A stretch of 64,000 nucleotides of DNA from Eledone cirrhosa (GCA_964016885.1 OZ024743.1:68572001-68636000); one strand, 5' to 3'. Numbered from the stretch's first letter, positions 43,778 to 58,727 are shown. The notes: generated by a model from the letters alone, not told the origin. A program made the numbers and translations.

Positions 43778-43971
43778 AACAAAGGAATTGTGGTAATAAA
43801 CCAAATGGTCCTTAACGCTCCAGAGTACTCAATACTTAGGGTAGTAGAGTGGGAATAGGAAAAAGTATGACCCAAAGGCAGAGCTCAGGCTGTTTCGACG
43901 GCTATTTCTGGACTGAGTCCAGAAATAGCCTTCGAAACGGCTTGAGCTCTGCCGTCGATGTCATACTTTTT

Positions 43972-43975
<4 letters not shown>
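43778..43975. mobile_element. Family C fold-back
   Basis: Arms meet at ggactgagtcc (~43910-43920). Confidence 0.8.
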
Positions 43976-44019
<44 letters not shown>

Positions 44020-44090
44020 TTATGCATATCATACATACATAAATACTTACATACATAAATATATATACAGTGTTTGAGAGACAGAGTATG

Positions 44091-44162
<72 letters not shown>

Positions 44163-44273
44163 GTTCATGTATGTAAATATTTATTTATGTATGATATGTA
44201 TAAATATATATAATTTATATATAAAATAAAGTTAAATAAAAAGTCAAATGTTTAAAATTTAGCTTCGTTTATT

Positions 44274-44328
44274 ACTGCTATATATATTTCAGTGACAGCC
44301 ATCTTTGGCTGTGACCTCTTCAGGCAGT
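44274..44328 (-). ncRNA. Hammerhead, canonical and fully paired stem I
   Basis: actgc-CTGAAGA-ggtcacagcc aaagat ggctgtcact-GAAA-tatata-TA-gcagt. Confidence 0.9.
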
Positions 44329-44531
44329 CCGAATTAGTGTGGTTTAGACAAGTAGATATGTTGTTGAGGTGTATAATTTTGTCAATACTCTGATATGCCC
44401 AGTTCCTGGTTGGGTTGTTATTTCACTGAGGAACTGGAATCATAACCCAACCAGGAACTGGGCATATCAGAATATTGACAAAATTATACACCTCAACAAC
44501 ATATGTACTTGTCTATACCACACTAATTCGG

Positions 44532-44586
44532 ACGGCCTGAAGAGGTCACAGCCAGAGATAGCTGTTACTGAAATATATATAGCAGT
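44532..44586 (+). ncRNA. Hammerhead (second arm of family F)
   Basis: acggc-CTGAAGA-ggtcacagc..gctgttact-GAAA-tatata-TA-gcagt. Confidence 0.85.
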
Positions 44587-44739
44587 AATAAACGAAGCTA
44601 AATTTTAAACATTTGACTTTTTATTTAACTTTATTTTACATTACTCCGGAGTAACCAAACCAACCTCCGCACTTCGTCGAGTGCTCCAGCCTGCATACTG
44701 AGGTGTTGGTATACAACCAACATATACTCAAAATATATA

Positions 44740-44817
<78 letters not shown>

Positions 44818-44882
44818 TATATTTATACATATCATACATACATAAATACTTACATACATGAATATTTATACATATCATACGT

Positions 44883-45004
<122 letters not shown>

Positions 45005-45409
45005 CTCTGTCTCTCAAATACTCACCAATATTTGCCTGCATACACACACACACACATAAGCCCCCTCACACACATACACACACACACATATAATACTGTA
45101 CACACGTAAACAAAATCACAGACATGCCCATCCCTCCTTATGCCAATCTCACATACACACAACCAGGTTACGCCCTACACTCATATACAAAATTTTATGT
45201 GCGCACACACAGGCATACACACACACATACACATACACACACACACACACTGACACACACATACATAGCACGATACATTGTACATATTCATAATTCCATA
45301 TGCATATTCAATAACAATCATATAACGTCCCACTATACACATATTTACAATAGCCCATACACAATATTGCACCCTCGCGCATGCGCGATCGCGCACACAC
45401 ATACAAGAA

Positions 45410-47032
45410 TACACCAACAACAACAACAAAAAGACAACCAACTACAACGCACACAAAAACAACAGCACTATCAACAACAGCACCACCAAAAATACCACCA
45501 TCAATAACACCACCACCAGCAACACCAACGACAGCACTAACAACAGCCCCACCAACAACACCACCATCAACAACACCACCAACAACACCACCATCAAAAA
45601 CAGCACTACAATCAACACCACCAACAACATCACTAACAACAACACCACCATCAACAACACCACCATCAACAAATGCACTAACAATACCACCATCAACACC
45701 ACTACTAACAACAACACCACCACCATCAAGAACACCACCAACAACAACTGCACTAACAACACCACCATCAACTACACCACCAACAACACTACCAACAACA
45801 ACACCACCACCACCAACAATACCACCACCAACTACACCACCATCAACAACAGCACCACCAACAATAACACCATCAACAACAACACTACTACAAACAACAT
45901 CAAAACCGATAACAACAACACCAACACCAATGACCCACAACAACAGCAAGAACAATACCAACACTAAGACAACAGCCACAACAACAATATCAACATCAAC
46001 CACAACACAAACATTATAATCAACAAGAATGGCACCAGAAACACAAAGACAACAATAACAATTACAACAATAACAACAAATGCCACAACAACAACATCAT
46101 CATCTACAACAAAAACACCTCTACAATAATAATTGTTTCTACTTTTTGGCACAAGACCAGCAATTATACCAGTGTATTACTGGTACTTTATTTTATCGAC
46201 CCCGTAATGTTGAAAGGCAAAGTTAACCTCGCTGAGATTTGAACTCAGAAAATAAAGGGCCGTAACTCTATGCTGAAAAGCATGGCGTCCGAGCCTCTAC
46301 CGATACTGCCAATCCACCGCCCAGTAATACTAACAACAACAATTCCAATTCTAATAATGAACAAACCAACAACAACAATACCAACAACAACACTATCACC
46401 ATGATCAACAGCAATACTAACAACAACATCAAATACAACAACAGCAACACCAACAACAACCCCAACAACAACAATACCGACAACTACACTGCCACCATCA
46501 ACAATATCAGCAACAACAACAACAACAACAACATTATCATCATCACCATCAACAGCAACAATAACAACAACAACAACAACAACATCAATAACAACAACAA
46601 CAACAGTATCATCAACAACAACAATATCATCATCATCAACAACAACAATACCAACAGCAGTATCATCATCAACAACAACAACAGTATAATCGTCAACAAC
46701 AACAACAACAACAACAGTAACATCATGAACAACAACAACAGTATCCACATCAAAAAACAACAATAACACCATGAACAACAACAACAGTATCCACATAAAA
46801 AAAAAACAACAACAACAACAGTAACATCATGAACAACAACAACAGTATCAACACCAACAACACCAACAATAACAACAAGAACAACATCAACAAATAGAAC
46901 AATAGCAACAACAACAACATTAACATCATGCACAACAACAACAGTATCAACATCAACAAAAACACATAGAACAATAGCAAAAACAACAACAACAGTAACA
47001 TCAACAGCAACAACAAGACCAACAACAACAAG
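45410..47032. repeat. (CAA/CAC)n degenerate trinucleotide array
   Basis: Direct reading; interrupted by a SINE. Confidence 0.9.
46130..46322 (-). mobile_element. Full-length SINE
   Basis: Reverse complement of the main SINE family. Confidence 0.92.
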
Positions 47033-47167
47033 AAAGAGAGAAAGGAGACAGCGGAGGTAAGGTGAAGAACCAATAATTTTCTGGAAAGTTCGTGGAGAAA
47101 GAGATTGTTATCTTTGGAGAGATTTAATAACCTGATGTGAAAATTAGGTGCTCGCAGCTTTCAATGA

Positions 47168-50100
47168 TGTGTATATATGTTAGTGTGTATATGTATGTGT
47201 ATATATGTTAGTGTGTATATGTATGTGTATATATGTTAGTGTGTATATGTATGTTTATATATGTTAGTGTGTATATGTATGTGTATGTGTTAGTGTGTAT
47301 ATGTATGTGTATATGTTAGTGTGTATATGTATGTGTATATATGTTAGTGTGTATATGTATGTGTTTATGTTAGTGTGTATGTATGTGTATATAAGTTAGT
47401 GTGTATATGTATGTGTATATATGTTAGCGTGTATATGTATGTATATATGTTAGTGAGTATATGAATGTGTATATGTTAGTGTGTATATGAATGTGTATAT
47501 GTTAGTGTGTATATGAATGTGTATATGTTAGTGTGTATATGTATGTGTATATATGTTAGTGTGTATATGTATGTGTATATATGTTAGTGTGTATATGAAT
47601 GTGTATATGTTAGTGTGTATATGTATGTGTATATATGTTAGTGTGTTATATGTATGTGTTTATGTTAGTGTGTATATGTATGTGTATATGTTAGTGTGTA
47701 TATGTATGTATATATGTTGGTGTGTATATGTATGTGTATATATGTTAGTGTGTATATGTATGTGTATATATGTTAGTGTGTATATGTATGTGTCTATATG
47801 TTAGTGTGTATATGTATGTGTATATGTTAGTGTGTATATGTATGTGTATATATGTTAGTGTGTATATGTATGTGTATATATGTTAGTGAGTATATGAATG
47901 TGTATATGTTAGTGTGTATATGTATGTGTATATATGTTAGTGTGTTATATGTATGTGTATATGTTAGTGTGTATATGTATGTATATATGTTAGTGTGTAT
48001 ATGAATGTATATATGTTAGTGTGTATATGTATGTGTATATATGTTAGTGTGTATATGTATGTGCATATGTTAGTGTGTATATGTATGTGTATATATGTTA
48101 GTGTGTATATGTATGTATATATGTTAGTGTGTATATGTATATGTGTATATATGTTAGTGTGTATATGTATGTGTATATGTTAGTGTGTATATGAATGTTT
48201 ATATGTTAGTGTGTATATGTATGAGTTTACATGTTAGTGTGTATATGTATGTGTATATGTTAGTGTGTATATGTATGTGTATATGTTAGTGTGTATATGT
48301 ATGTATATTTGTTAGTGTGTATATGTATGTGTATATATGTTAGTGTGTATATGTATGTGTATATATGTTAGTGTGTATATGTATGTGTATGTGTTAGTGT
48401 GTATATGTATGTGTATATGTTAGTGTGTATATGTATGTGTATATGTTAGTGTGTATATGTATGTATATATGTTAGTGTGTATATGTATGTGTATATATGT
48501 TAGTGTGTATATGTATGTGTTTATGTTAGTGTGTATGTATGTGTATATATGTTAGTGTGTATATATATGTGTATATATGTTAGTGTGTATATGTATGTGT
48601 ATATGTTAGTGTGTATATGTATGAGTTTCTATGTTAGTGTGTATATGTATGTGTATATGTTAGTGTGTATATGTATGTGTATATGTTAGTGTGTATATGT
48701 ATGTGTATATGTTAGTGTGTATATGTATGTATATATGTTAGTGTGTATATGTATGTGTATATATGTTAGTGTGTATATGTATGTGTATATATGTTAGTGT
48801 GTATATGTATGTGTATATATGTTAGTGTGTATATGTATGTGTATGTGTTAGTGTGTATATGTATGTGTATATGTTAGTGTGTATATGTATGTGTATATGT
48901 TAGTGTGTATATGTATGTATATATGTTAGTGTGTATATGTATGTGTATATATGTTAGTGTGTATATGTATGTGTTTATGTTAGTGTGTATGTATGTGTAT
49001 ATATGTTAGTGTGTATATATATGTGTATATATGTTAGTGTGTATATGTATGTGTATATGTTAGTGTGTATATGTATGAGTTTCTATGTTAGTGTGTATAT
49101 GTATGTGTATATGTTAGTGTGTATATGTATGTGTATATGTTAGTGTGTATATGTATGTGTATATGTTAGTGTGTATATGTATGTATATATGTTAGTGTGT
49201 ATATGTATGTGTATATATGTTAGTGTGTATATGTATGTGTATATATGTTAGTGTGTACATGTATGTGTATGTATGTTAGTGTGTATATGTATGTGTATAT
49301 ATGTTAGTGTGTATATGTATGTATATATGTTAGTGTATATATGTATGTGTATATATGTTAGTGTGTATATGTATGTGTATATATGTTAGTGTGTATATAT
49401 ATATGTGCATATATGTTAGTGTGTATATGTATGTGTTTATGTTAGTGTGTATATGTACGTGTATATATGTTAGTGTGTATATGTATGTGTATATATGTCA
49501 GTGTGTATATGTATGTATATATATGTTAGTGTGTATATATATATGCATATATGTTAGTGTGTATATGTATGTGTTTATGTTAGTGTGTATACGTATGTGT
49601 ATATATGTTAGTGTGTATATGTATGTGTATATATGTTAGTGTGTATATGTATGTATATATGTTAGTGTGTATATGTATGTGTATATATGTTAGTGTGTAT
49701 ATGTATGTGTATATATGTTAGTGTGTACATGTATGTGTATATATGTTAGTGTGTATATGTATGTGTATATATGTTAGTGTGTATATGTATGTGTATATAT
49801 GTTAGTGTGTACATGTATGTGTATATATGTTAGTGTGTATATGAATGTGTATATGTTAGTGTGTATATGTATGTGTATATATGTTAGTGTGTATATGTAT
49901 GTGTATATGTTAGTGTGTATATGTATGTATATATGTTAGTGTGTATATGTATGTGTATATATGTTAGTGTGTATATGTATGTGTATATATGTTAGTGTGT
50001 ATATATATATGTGCATATATGTTAGTGTGTATATGTATGTGTTTATGTTAGTGTGTATATGTATGTGTATATGTTAGTGTGTATATGTATATGTGCATAT

Positions 50101-50310
50101 ATGTTAGTGTGTATATGTATGTGATTATGTTAGTGTGTATATGTATGTGTATATATGTTAGTGTGTATATGTATGTATATATGTTAGTGTCTATATGTAT
50201 GTGTATATATGTTAGTGTGTACATGTATGTGTATATATGTTAGTGTGTATATGTATGTGTATATATGTTAGTGTGTATATGTATGTGTATATATGTTAGT
50301 GTGTATATGT
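47168..50310 (+). repeat. 3.1-kb minisatellite, 26-28-bp unit GTTAGTGTGTATATGTATGTGTAT(AT)AT
   Basis: More than 100 head-to-tail units. Confidence 0.97.
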
Positions 50311-50496
50311 GTGTGTATGTGTGTGTATGTGTGTGGGTGATGGAATAATGAAGAATGTGTGATAAATGAGAAGATAACTTCACGTGCCGTTTACGCAACA
50401 GGTTTCATATACATGTATACACATACACACACACACACACACCCACATACATACGCACATACACACACACACAGACACACACACACACACATACAA

Positions 50497-50569
<73 letters not shown>

Positions 50570-51197
50570 TATATATATATAAATATATATGCAACTGCAA
50601 TCACACATTACACATACGTAAACTACACATAGACACACATAGATAGACACACATGAATACACACACACACACACACACACCTACATACATTCACCCATGA
50701 ATACTCTCTCACGCACACATGTGCACACAGGCTCAATATATATCAACAAACACAGAGTGTGTGGAATACAAAATACATATGAACACATACAGATATCATA
50801 CACACAGAATTACACACATATTCACACATTCACACAGATACAGACAAACAGATACACACATGCTCACATATACATACATTCTAACATATGCATATACTCA
50901 TAGAGAGTCACATACACACAAATACACATACTCACACAGATACGTTTGTAAAGATAAGTATATCAATTATTAATGGCAGAATCTTTATGTAAGTCATTAT
51001 ATGTACACACACACACAGGCGCTCTTACACACATGCAGGCGTCCATACACACATACACATACACACACACACATATATCTATATAAATACATGAATATAT
51101 ATATATATATGTGTGTGTGTGTGTATGTATGTATGTGTGTGCGTGTGTGTATATATATATATACATTTACATACATATACATATATGTACACACACG

Positions 51198-51228
<31 letters not shown>

Positions 51229-51358
51229 GAACATATATATATAATATATGTACATATATATATACTTATAAATATATATATATATATATATAGGCATATA
51301 TATATATATATGTACATATATATATATATAATATATGTACATATATATATACTTATAC

Positions 51359-51420
<62 letters not shown>

Positions 51421-51849
51421 ATGTGTGTGTATGTAAGATCAGACACATTAACACGGACCTATTTGCTCAATGTCAAACGGCTTCTGAGATGTAATCACGC
51501 ATTACTCTATAAACAATAAGAATATGGTGATGGTAATGGAAGGTATATTGAAAGGATCTTCTACTGCTAGATTCAGATCACGATTTGGTGCAAGTATTAT
51601 AAAGGCCTCGGTACTTTCCAGTTACAAGATATGCAGCAAGTATTCTGGGTATCTGATGCCGTTTCAGGGTTAATTTATAAGTTCCTTTACTATGCGTGCC
51701 GACAAAAATATACGAGCTGTTTGTTCTGCATATGCAGTGTGGCCTGATGGACATAAGTTAATATGTGTGGGTTGTCCAGTGTCAATGGCTCGAGATTGGG
51801 TCACAACGTGTTTCTGTAGTGGCAGTAAAATTATATCTGCTTATTCTTT

Positions 51850-52050
51850 TCTTGTTCATATATATATTACGTGTTGCTTCAGTATATGCAACTTCTTGGG
51901 TAGACGAAGTTGACAGCTGTAGTTGGAGGGCAAAGATGTTCCATTTAATGTCGGGGATGTTGTACCTTTGGTCTCGGCACCTCCAGATGAAGCAAGACAG
52001 AGAGTTGGAATTTGTCCTGTATCTGTATATAAAGTGTGAAGATATTCTTT
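51850..52050 (-). pseudogene. Highly decayed Naiad-like endonuclease fragment
   Basis: YRYRTNSNSLSCFIWRCRDQRYNIPDIKWNI resembles the ST.LS..IW..K....W.I segment of the other copies. Confidence 0.45.
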
Positions 52051-52372
52051 ATCTATCTATCTATATATTACAAAAAGTCTGTAATTGCTTGCTTGTCTGT
52101 AATGTAATAGAGATAAAAGGACGCATAATGGGAAAATATTTTCAAAGGAAATTGCTCCTGAAATTGTGATATAAATGGAATAAAACAAGTTTCGCGTAAA
52201 TCGGAGCACGTATTCCCGTGATATGGGGTTTTTCCAGGTACCATCCCTTCATAAACAGAGGGAGAGAGGGATAGAGAGAAAGAGATAGTGGTTGTGAGAG
52301 AGTAGATTGAAAGAGAGACACAGAGAGATGGAGAGGAGAGAGAGAAGGAAAATGGAAGAGAGATCGAGCTGT

Positions 52373-52426
<54 letters not shown>

Positions 52427-52640
52427 CACCCACATATATATATACACGTACATCCATACATATATATATATATATTTATATATATACACATTTATCTATA
52501 TACATACACATACATATATATGGGCCTTCCAGTTTAATTTCACTTTATATACATGTCTGTGTATATTTTATTTATTTAAAAATAATTTTAAGTGAACATG
52601 ATGTTTTAAAAGATATTTTGAAGTGAACGTGACCCAATGG

Positions 52641-52817
52641 GTACAACTGAATGATTTGACTCCTATCAATTTAGCTTTAAAATATTATTCATCCATTCTA
52701 CTTCATAGCATTTATAAGATACTAGACCACCCATGTATCTAATAAATGCTTGGAAGTAGAGTGCATGAATAATATTTCCAAGCTAATTTGCAAGGAGTCA
52801 TATCATTCAGTTGTACA
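52641..52817. repeat. Diverged fold-back, ~80-bp arms
   Basis: gtacaactgaatgat..agatac / gtatct..atcattcagttgtac. Confidence 0.75.
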
Positions 52818-53611
52818 CTTCAGATCATGAGACAATTGAGTAGAGACAACCTGAAATTGTGATTGTTTAGTTAAGCTCCCTTAGAGAGAATGGCTTAAGC
52901 ATTTGAATATATGAGACTATATGTAAGAACAAAATGCAGAACAAAAGAGCAGAAATGTGAGAAAAAATATTTCATTATCCTGTATTATTTCTCCTGTTGA
53001 CCTATATTAAGTTGTTTGGTGTGTAGCTGACCCTTTGTATTGTAAGTGGAAATCTTTTTGCCAGTTTAAAGGAGATTAAATGAAGGCGAAAGTGGGAGAG
53101 AAAGAAATCTCAAAACGCAAACAAAGAAGGGGAAGATATAAAAAAGAAAAGAAAAATTCCCGAATCGTCAGTATTGAACATAAGAACAAGTTTCCATTGG
53201 TCTTCCCATTACCAATATTTTAAGTCCGTCACAAGCATATGAAGAAGAAGATAAATAGATAGACAGAAGTAAAGACATATGAGGTGACAACTGAGAGTTA
53301 GATTGATAGAAGGGAAGCAGCGAACATTGAGAGAATAATGTAGAAAGGAAAAGGGTGAAAAGAGAAAAAAACATAGACAAAGACAAAGAATGATATCGTG
53401 AAGAAAATCAGAAAGTTGTAAAGAAAGATAGAAATGAAATAAAATAAAATGAAATACTGACAGAAAGAGAACGAAATAAACATAGATAAATAGAAACCTT
53501 GTGAATAAAAAGAGATAAAGTTCAGCATTCGAAATGTTGGGTGAAGAGATAAAGAAATTATTCTAAAAACTTATGATTTTTTCATGAAAACAAATATGAC
53601 TTATGAATTAA

Positions 53612-53687
<76 letters not shown>

Positions 53688-54502
53688 ACACACATATATA
53701 AATTCTTTTTTTTTTTTCAGAAAAATCATAAAGATGTTTTCAGAGAAATAAAAAAAAATATTTCGGGCTATAAAGATATCTGCAGGGAAATAATAGAAAT
53801 ATTTTTTTTAAATATTTTCATTTAATTTTATCTGTCTGCTACAATCCTTAATTAATGGTCTCTTGTTTTTAATCTCAATAATAATGTTTGGAGAATATTT
53901 GTGAAAGGCGGAGGTCGAATGGTGAAAGTTCATCAAGGAAGGAGGAAATATGACAGCCATGCTGTTAGTTTGATTAATCACATAGTTTGTCAGCTTTCTG
54001 GACCAATGCCAAATAAATATGAGAAATCGATCTCGAGAGAATGATCTGATAAAGCAAGATCATTTTTCATGCGGTAAGATCGGCCATTTGTAAAGTATAC
54101 TTGGCTTTCCTCCCTCACTGATTCCCAGACTATCAGTAGTAAGACAGTGGTTCTTAGATACCCCTGTCACCTTCTTCCCCTAGTAATGCAGGTTTCCTTA
54201 TTTCCTCCCTTATTATGAATTGTCATCAAGTAATTTATTGGTTATTATACATTTAAAGACACACACACAACTACACAACCACATACACAAAGTCATACTC
54301 AGACAAACTTTTAAATATGTGTATAGATATATTAGAATATGTTGAAACCTTCAAACATTAACTGAATGAACACTCAATACTGGACGGTAGAATGTAGGAA
54401 TATATTTCTAAGTAGAAATGTGGCATTGATATCGAACTTTTAACTCGTCAGCTTAATAATGGAACAAAGAATCAGTGTTGCATCATATACAGATTCAATT
54501 AC

Positions 54503-54590
54503 ATATTACATATGTTTCACTGTCGATCAGCTCGAGGAACAATCTATTTATGATCAAACCTGACTCTAGAATCGGAAGCTCCTCAGCTAT
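54503..54590 (-). ncRNA. Hammerhead with long stem II
   Basis: atag-CTGAGGA-(~60 nt)-GAAAC-ATAT-GTA-atat; homologous to 1208-1299. Confidence 0.7.
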
Positions 54591-54659
54591 TTTATATGTA
54601 TATATAAACATATATATATATATATAAAGAATTAGTATATCTACCAACATATATATACA

Positions 54660-55224
54660 GATGCATACCTATGCTAGCAAATATATAGGTTTTGTCTTAG
54701 TAACTTTGTGGTTCAATGCAAGGGGATGCAGAACAATTATATGAATGACGTAAAATAAGAAAATTATAAAAATGAACTTACTTACTAAAATTTCACTCCA
54801 ACTAATTAGTTTCTGAAAGGGAATAAACATGGTTTCCAAATGGAAGGCATGGAGAAGCCGTTTCGTCATCAGGAAGTCTGTTCTCAGCTAAGATACCTAG
54901 CGATGCGTGGACACAGGTAACTTATACAAAAATAATTCAGTGAATGGAAAAAGCATGCGTGGACTAAATTCTAAGACATTGAAAAAAATGTGCCTACTTG
55001 GTCGGTGGCAAATTCAAAAGAATCAATCACGTGACATCGAGGTTAATCAGTGAGGAGTGGGGTGTTAAAAAAACAGTAGCCAAGCCATTACTATGAACTA
55101 TAGTACAGTTTTGGCAAATTTTTGCTCAACAAAATGATTTGGAGTTAATTATAATGAATTAGTATATCTACCAATATAGTAAGTTAATAAGTAAGTTAAT
55201 TTTTATAATTTTCATTTTACGTCA

Positions 55225-55231
<7 letters not shown>
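54660..55231. mobile_element. Fold-back element with short inverted termini
   Basis: 54738-54785 is inverted against 55188-55231; tail on the left. Confidence 0.65.
54796..54876 (-). ncRNA. Hammerhead with long stem II
   Basis: cttc-CTGATGA-cgaaacgg..ccctttca-GAAAC-TAATTA-GTT-ggag. Confidence 0.65.
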
Positions 55232-55286
<55 letters not shown>

Positions 55287-55380
55287 GAAATAAGATGCTG
55301 AGGTTACATATATCATTTAAACACGCACAAACACACGCGCACAAACACGCACACACTCACACAGACAGATAGACAGACAC

Positions 55381-55457
<77 letters not shown>

Positions 55458-55494
55458 TGCCTGACTATCTGTTTGTGTGCTTGTGTGTGTGCGC

Positions 55495-55530
<36 letters not shown>

Positions 55531-55889
55531 AGCTTGCACACGCCTTTTGTCACGCATTGTCAACCCACGAGGAATTTCTTAACTTCAGGCTATTGTAGAA
55601 GAGATGTATCAAAAAGAGATGGAAGGTAGGAAATTGTAATTCCGAAAGGGGAAATTCTAAATCTCTATACTGACAACTATTCTGACCTATTGTATTAGAA
55701 ATAGCCTTTATTTAATGAAATTTGGTGTCTGCCTACAAGAGACTTACTTGTGTCACTGTAAGGGATATTCATTGCCTGTGTTTTTTACATTTACCTTCTT
55801 ACGTTTTTCGTAAATAATGTATCTTGGCAATATTATACAACATTTTGTATTAATAAGGAGAAATTGAGCCGGACTAATTGGATGGATCA

Positions 55890-56070
55890 TTAGCGCATTG
55901 CCTTAAAAGTGACTCGGTTTTTGGTCTGGCTCTGACTTCAAATTCGGCCAAAGACACCTTGGCTTTTCCGGGGTCGGTAAAATTAAGAACCCTCTCATTT
56001 ACTGGGATTAAACATAACAACTTTGCATTTCCCAGTCATTTTGCTGGCATTGTCGCGCTAAATTATTAAT
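55890..56070 (+). mobile_element. Old diverged SINE
   Basis: ttcaaattcggccaaagacaccttggcttttccggggtcggtaaaattaagaacc. Confidence 0.55.
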
Positions 56071-56079
56071 TAGTATTAA

Positions 56080-56121
<42 letters not shown>

Positions 56122-56365
56122 TTCTTCTTCTTCTTCTTCTTCTTCTTCTTCTTCTTCTTCTTCTTCTTCTTCTTCTTCTTCTTCTTCTTCTTCTTCTGTC
56201 TGGGAGATTGGGAGGCACACACCTCCAACACTCCTTCCAGCAGTTCCTGTCAGTAGCAGCCGTCACCAACTCATCCGGTTGGATCTCCCAGAGAGACAAG
56301 CAGACCTCCTGGATGTTATCCATCCATGTCACTAGGGATCTACTCCGGGCTTTCATCCCAATGCT
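56080..56365 (-). mobile_element. RTE-like LINE 3' end with (GAA)n/(CGA)n tail
   Basis: RSRSLVTWMDNIQE..AATDRNCWKE followed by a trinucleotide tail. Confidence 0.7.
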
Positions 56366-57149
56366 ATTTAAATATATCCACGAATAGCTGGGCAGTATTA
56401 AGTATTGGATAAAAGAGACGGATTAAATATGGCGCAGCATTTATCCGGCCTACTGTGCTCTGGGTTAATATTCTATCTTGGTCAACGTTGCATTTTTTCT
56501 TACGATGCCAATAAATAAAGTGTCAACCCTTGACTGAGTCTACATCTACATATCTCTTCATCAATTTCTCTGGGAAAAATTACCGGTGTTATGAGGAAAG
56601 GCTCGATCATATGTAATGTACACAAGATAGGCTATGTGTCAGAACTGTTGGTCTACGAATCCATCAGGAGTTTGTGGTATTTATATTTATGTTTCTATTC
56701 TCCTTTCAGATGTACGAAATTATCTTTTTGTACTACATTCTAACTACGCATGATATGCACTGGTCACAATTATAACTGGCGGTCTCTTGTTATTTGAACA
56801 GATAGTCTCTTGTTATGATAATCCCCGTGGCGCATAATAAATTCCGACACTTCATTATTTACATTCACTCTGGTGCCCTTTTAATATAAAGACTATATTA
56901 CCTGGAAAACTAGTGTGTTAGAACCCATTGACCTTGATCTGATCCTCACCTACTACATGAGACGTTTTAGAGTTAAAGACCTAATAGATAAGATACAATT
57001 ATAAATTTAGAAATTTAGGAAATTGCTCTCACAATGTCATTAGATTTAGCCTTTATCTTATCAAATGAGAAAAAAGAAAATAGTAGAATTGTAATACTTC
57101 AAAAGAATACATTTTATAGGTTTTAGATATAGGCTTAAGAATAAAGTCT

Positions 57150-57315
57150 AGTGTAGTGTGTGGTGTGGTTTGTTGCGTTGTGTGGTCTCGTATTGTGTAG
57201 TATGATGTTGTGTGGTGTGATATGGTGTGGTGTGTTGTGTTGTGTGGTGTGGTGTCGTGTCGTGTGGTGTTATGTGGTGTTGTGTGGTGTGATGTAGTGT
57301 GGTTAGGTGTGGTAT
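57150..57315. repeat. Degenerate (TGTGG)n pentamer repeat
   Basis: Direct reading. Confidence 0.85.
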
Positions 57316-57452
57316 AACCTCCAATAGGTCCAGAAAAAAAATGAATTCGTTTTCTTACGTTGAGGAAAATACAATACACAATAAGGTAGTAACTCTGGTT
57401 TAACCGAGTTTTAAACAATAAGCATGTAAAACCGTGCATTTAAGCTTGATTC

Positions 57453-57552
<100 letters not shown>

Positions 57553-57555
57553 ATG

Positions 57556-57604
<49 letters not shown>

Positions 57605-58010
57605 ATGTGTGTGTGTGCATGTATATATATATATATATATACACAATGGTAACATTTTTTCCGTGTTTTAAGGGTCTTCACCTTTTTTCATAAGATATAT
57701 TTATAGCATTTCTGCGCTTCAGCCCATTTTTTACACTTATATATATATATACATATATTAAAACTGCTTCAAGAGCAGAAAATTCTACTTCGTACATTAT
57801 GTATATATATGTTTAACCTGATTAGTTCTTTCCTCGTTTTGGTACTGTATGGTTGGGTTTTGCCTACTGCAATTTTCAATGTCAAGCTATTTAAACGTAA
57901 TGTTATTATTCTAAGGACCTACTCTTATTGAGTGCTTTGCTACTCATTCCTTATTGTAGGTCGACTTTGCTTGGCCACAGCCAAAGCTTCGATTTTACTA
58001 AGCTTTCACT

Positions 58011-58072
<62 letters not shown>

Positions 58073-58441
58073 AAGCGAGAGAGGGAGAGAGGGATATAGA
58101 GGAAGAGAGAGGGAGATAGAGAGAGGGAGGGAGGGAGACAGATATATGGGCCCAAGATAATGATAACCTATTTGATAGTATAAGTCGTAATGTATATACA
58201 AATATGGGCCTCACAAAATTGTCAGTTTAGAGACCAGAGATTGACTCATCATGTGTAATATCTTATAAGTATATGATAACACTACAATGTTGCGTCCAGG
58301 GTTAATTCTCGTTAGGTTAAAATTCATTTCAGTCAGCCCGTGATTAGATATACTAATAATTGAGCTACTAAACCTGCACTGTAACATACAGCTTCTTACG
58401 AAAATAGTGTGAGTGTGTGTGCGCGAGTGAGAGAACGAAAG

Positions 58442-58516
<75 letters not shown>

Positions 58517-58521
<5 letters not shown>

Positions 58522-58695
58522 AAAAGTGTGAGATCCTTGGTACAGGTAGGTGTATTTGAAAAAAAGGTAAGGAATGACTTCACTTGTAATTCTAAATAAT
58601 TTGATTTAATTTTACCAACTCATAATATTATAATATAACATTAAATCAAATTAATTAGTACTACAAGTGAATTCATTCTTTTCGTTTTTTTCATA
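58517..58695. mobile_element. Fold-back element
   Basis: Arms ~58558-58610 / 58640-58693, tail on the left, TA flanks. Confidence 0.6.
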
Positions 58696-58727
58696 TGTAT
58701 ATATATGTATTAGAATAACAGATTAAC

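Larger units (their letters stand above)
44224..44735. mobile_element. Fold-back element (family F)
   Basis: Arms ~44224-44420 / 44441-44637 and a tail to ~44735. Confidence 0.85.

Noticed and set aside
45381-46019. Mucin-like Thr/Pro-rich ORF
   Set aside because: Part of a (CAA/CAC)n array that continues out of frame and is interrupted by a SINE; no signal peptide or splice support.
47168-50310. CRISPR array or telomeric repeat
   Set aside because: No unique spacers or cas genes, eukaryotic context, and the unit is not TTAGGG.
53700-56780. Splice-acceptor-like tracts at ~53720 and ~56709
   Set aside because: No convincing open exon or donor site follows either.
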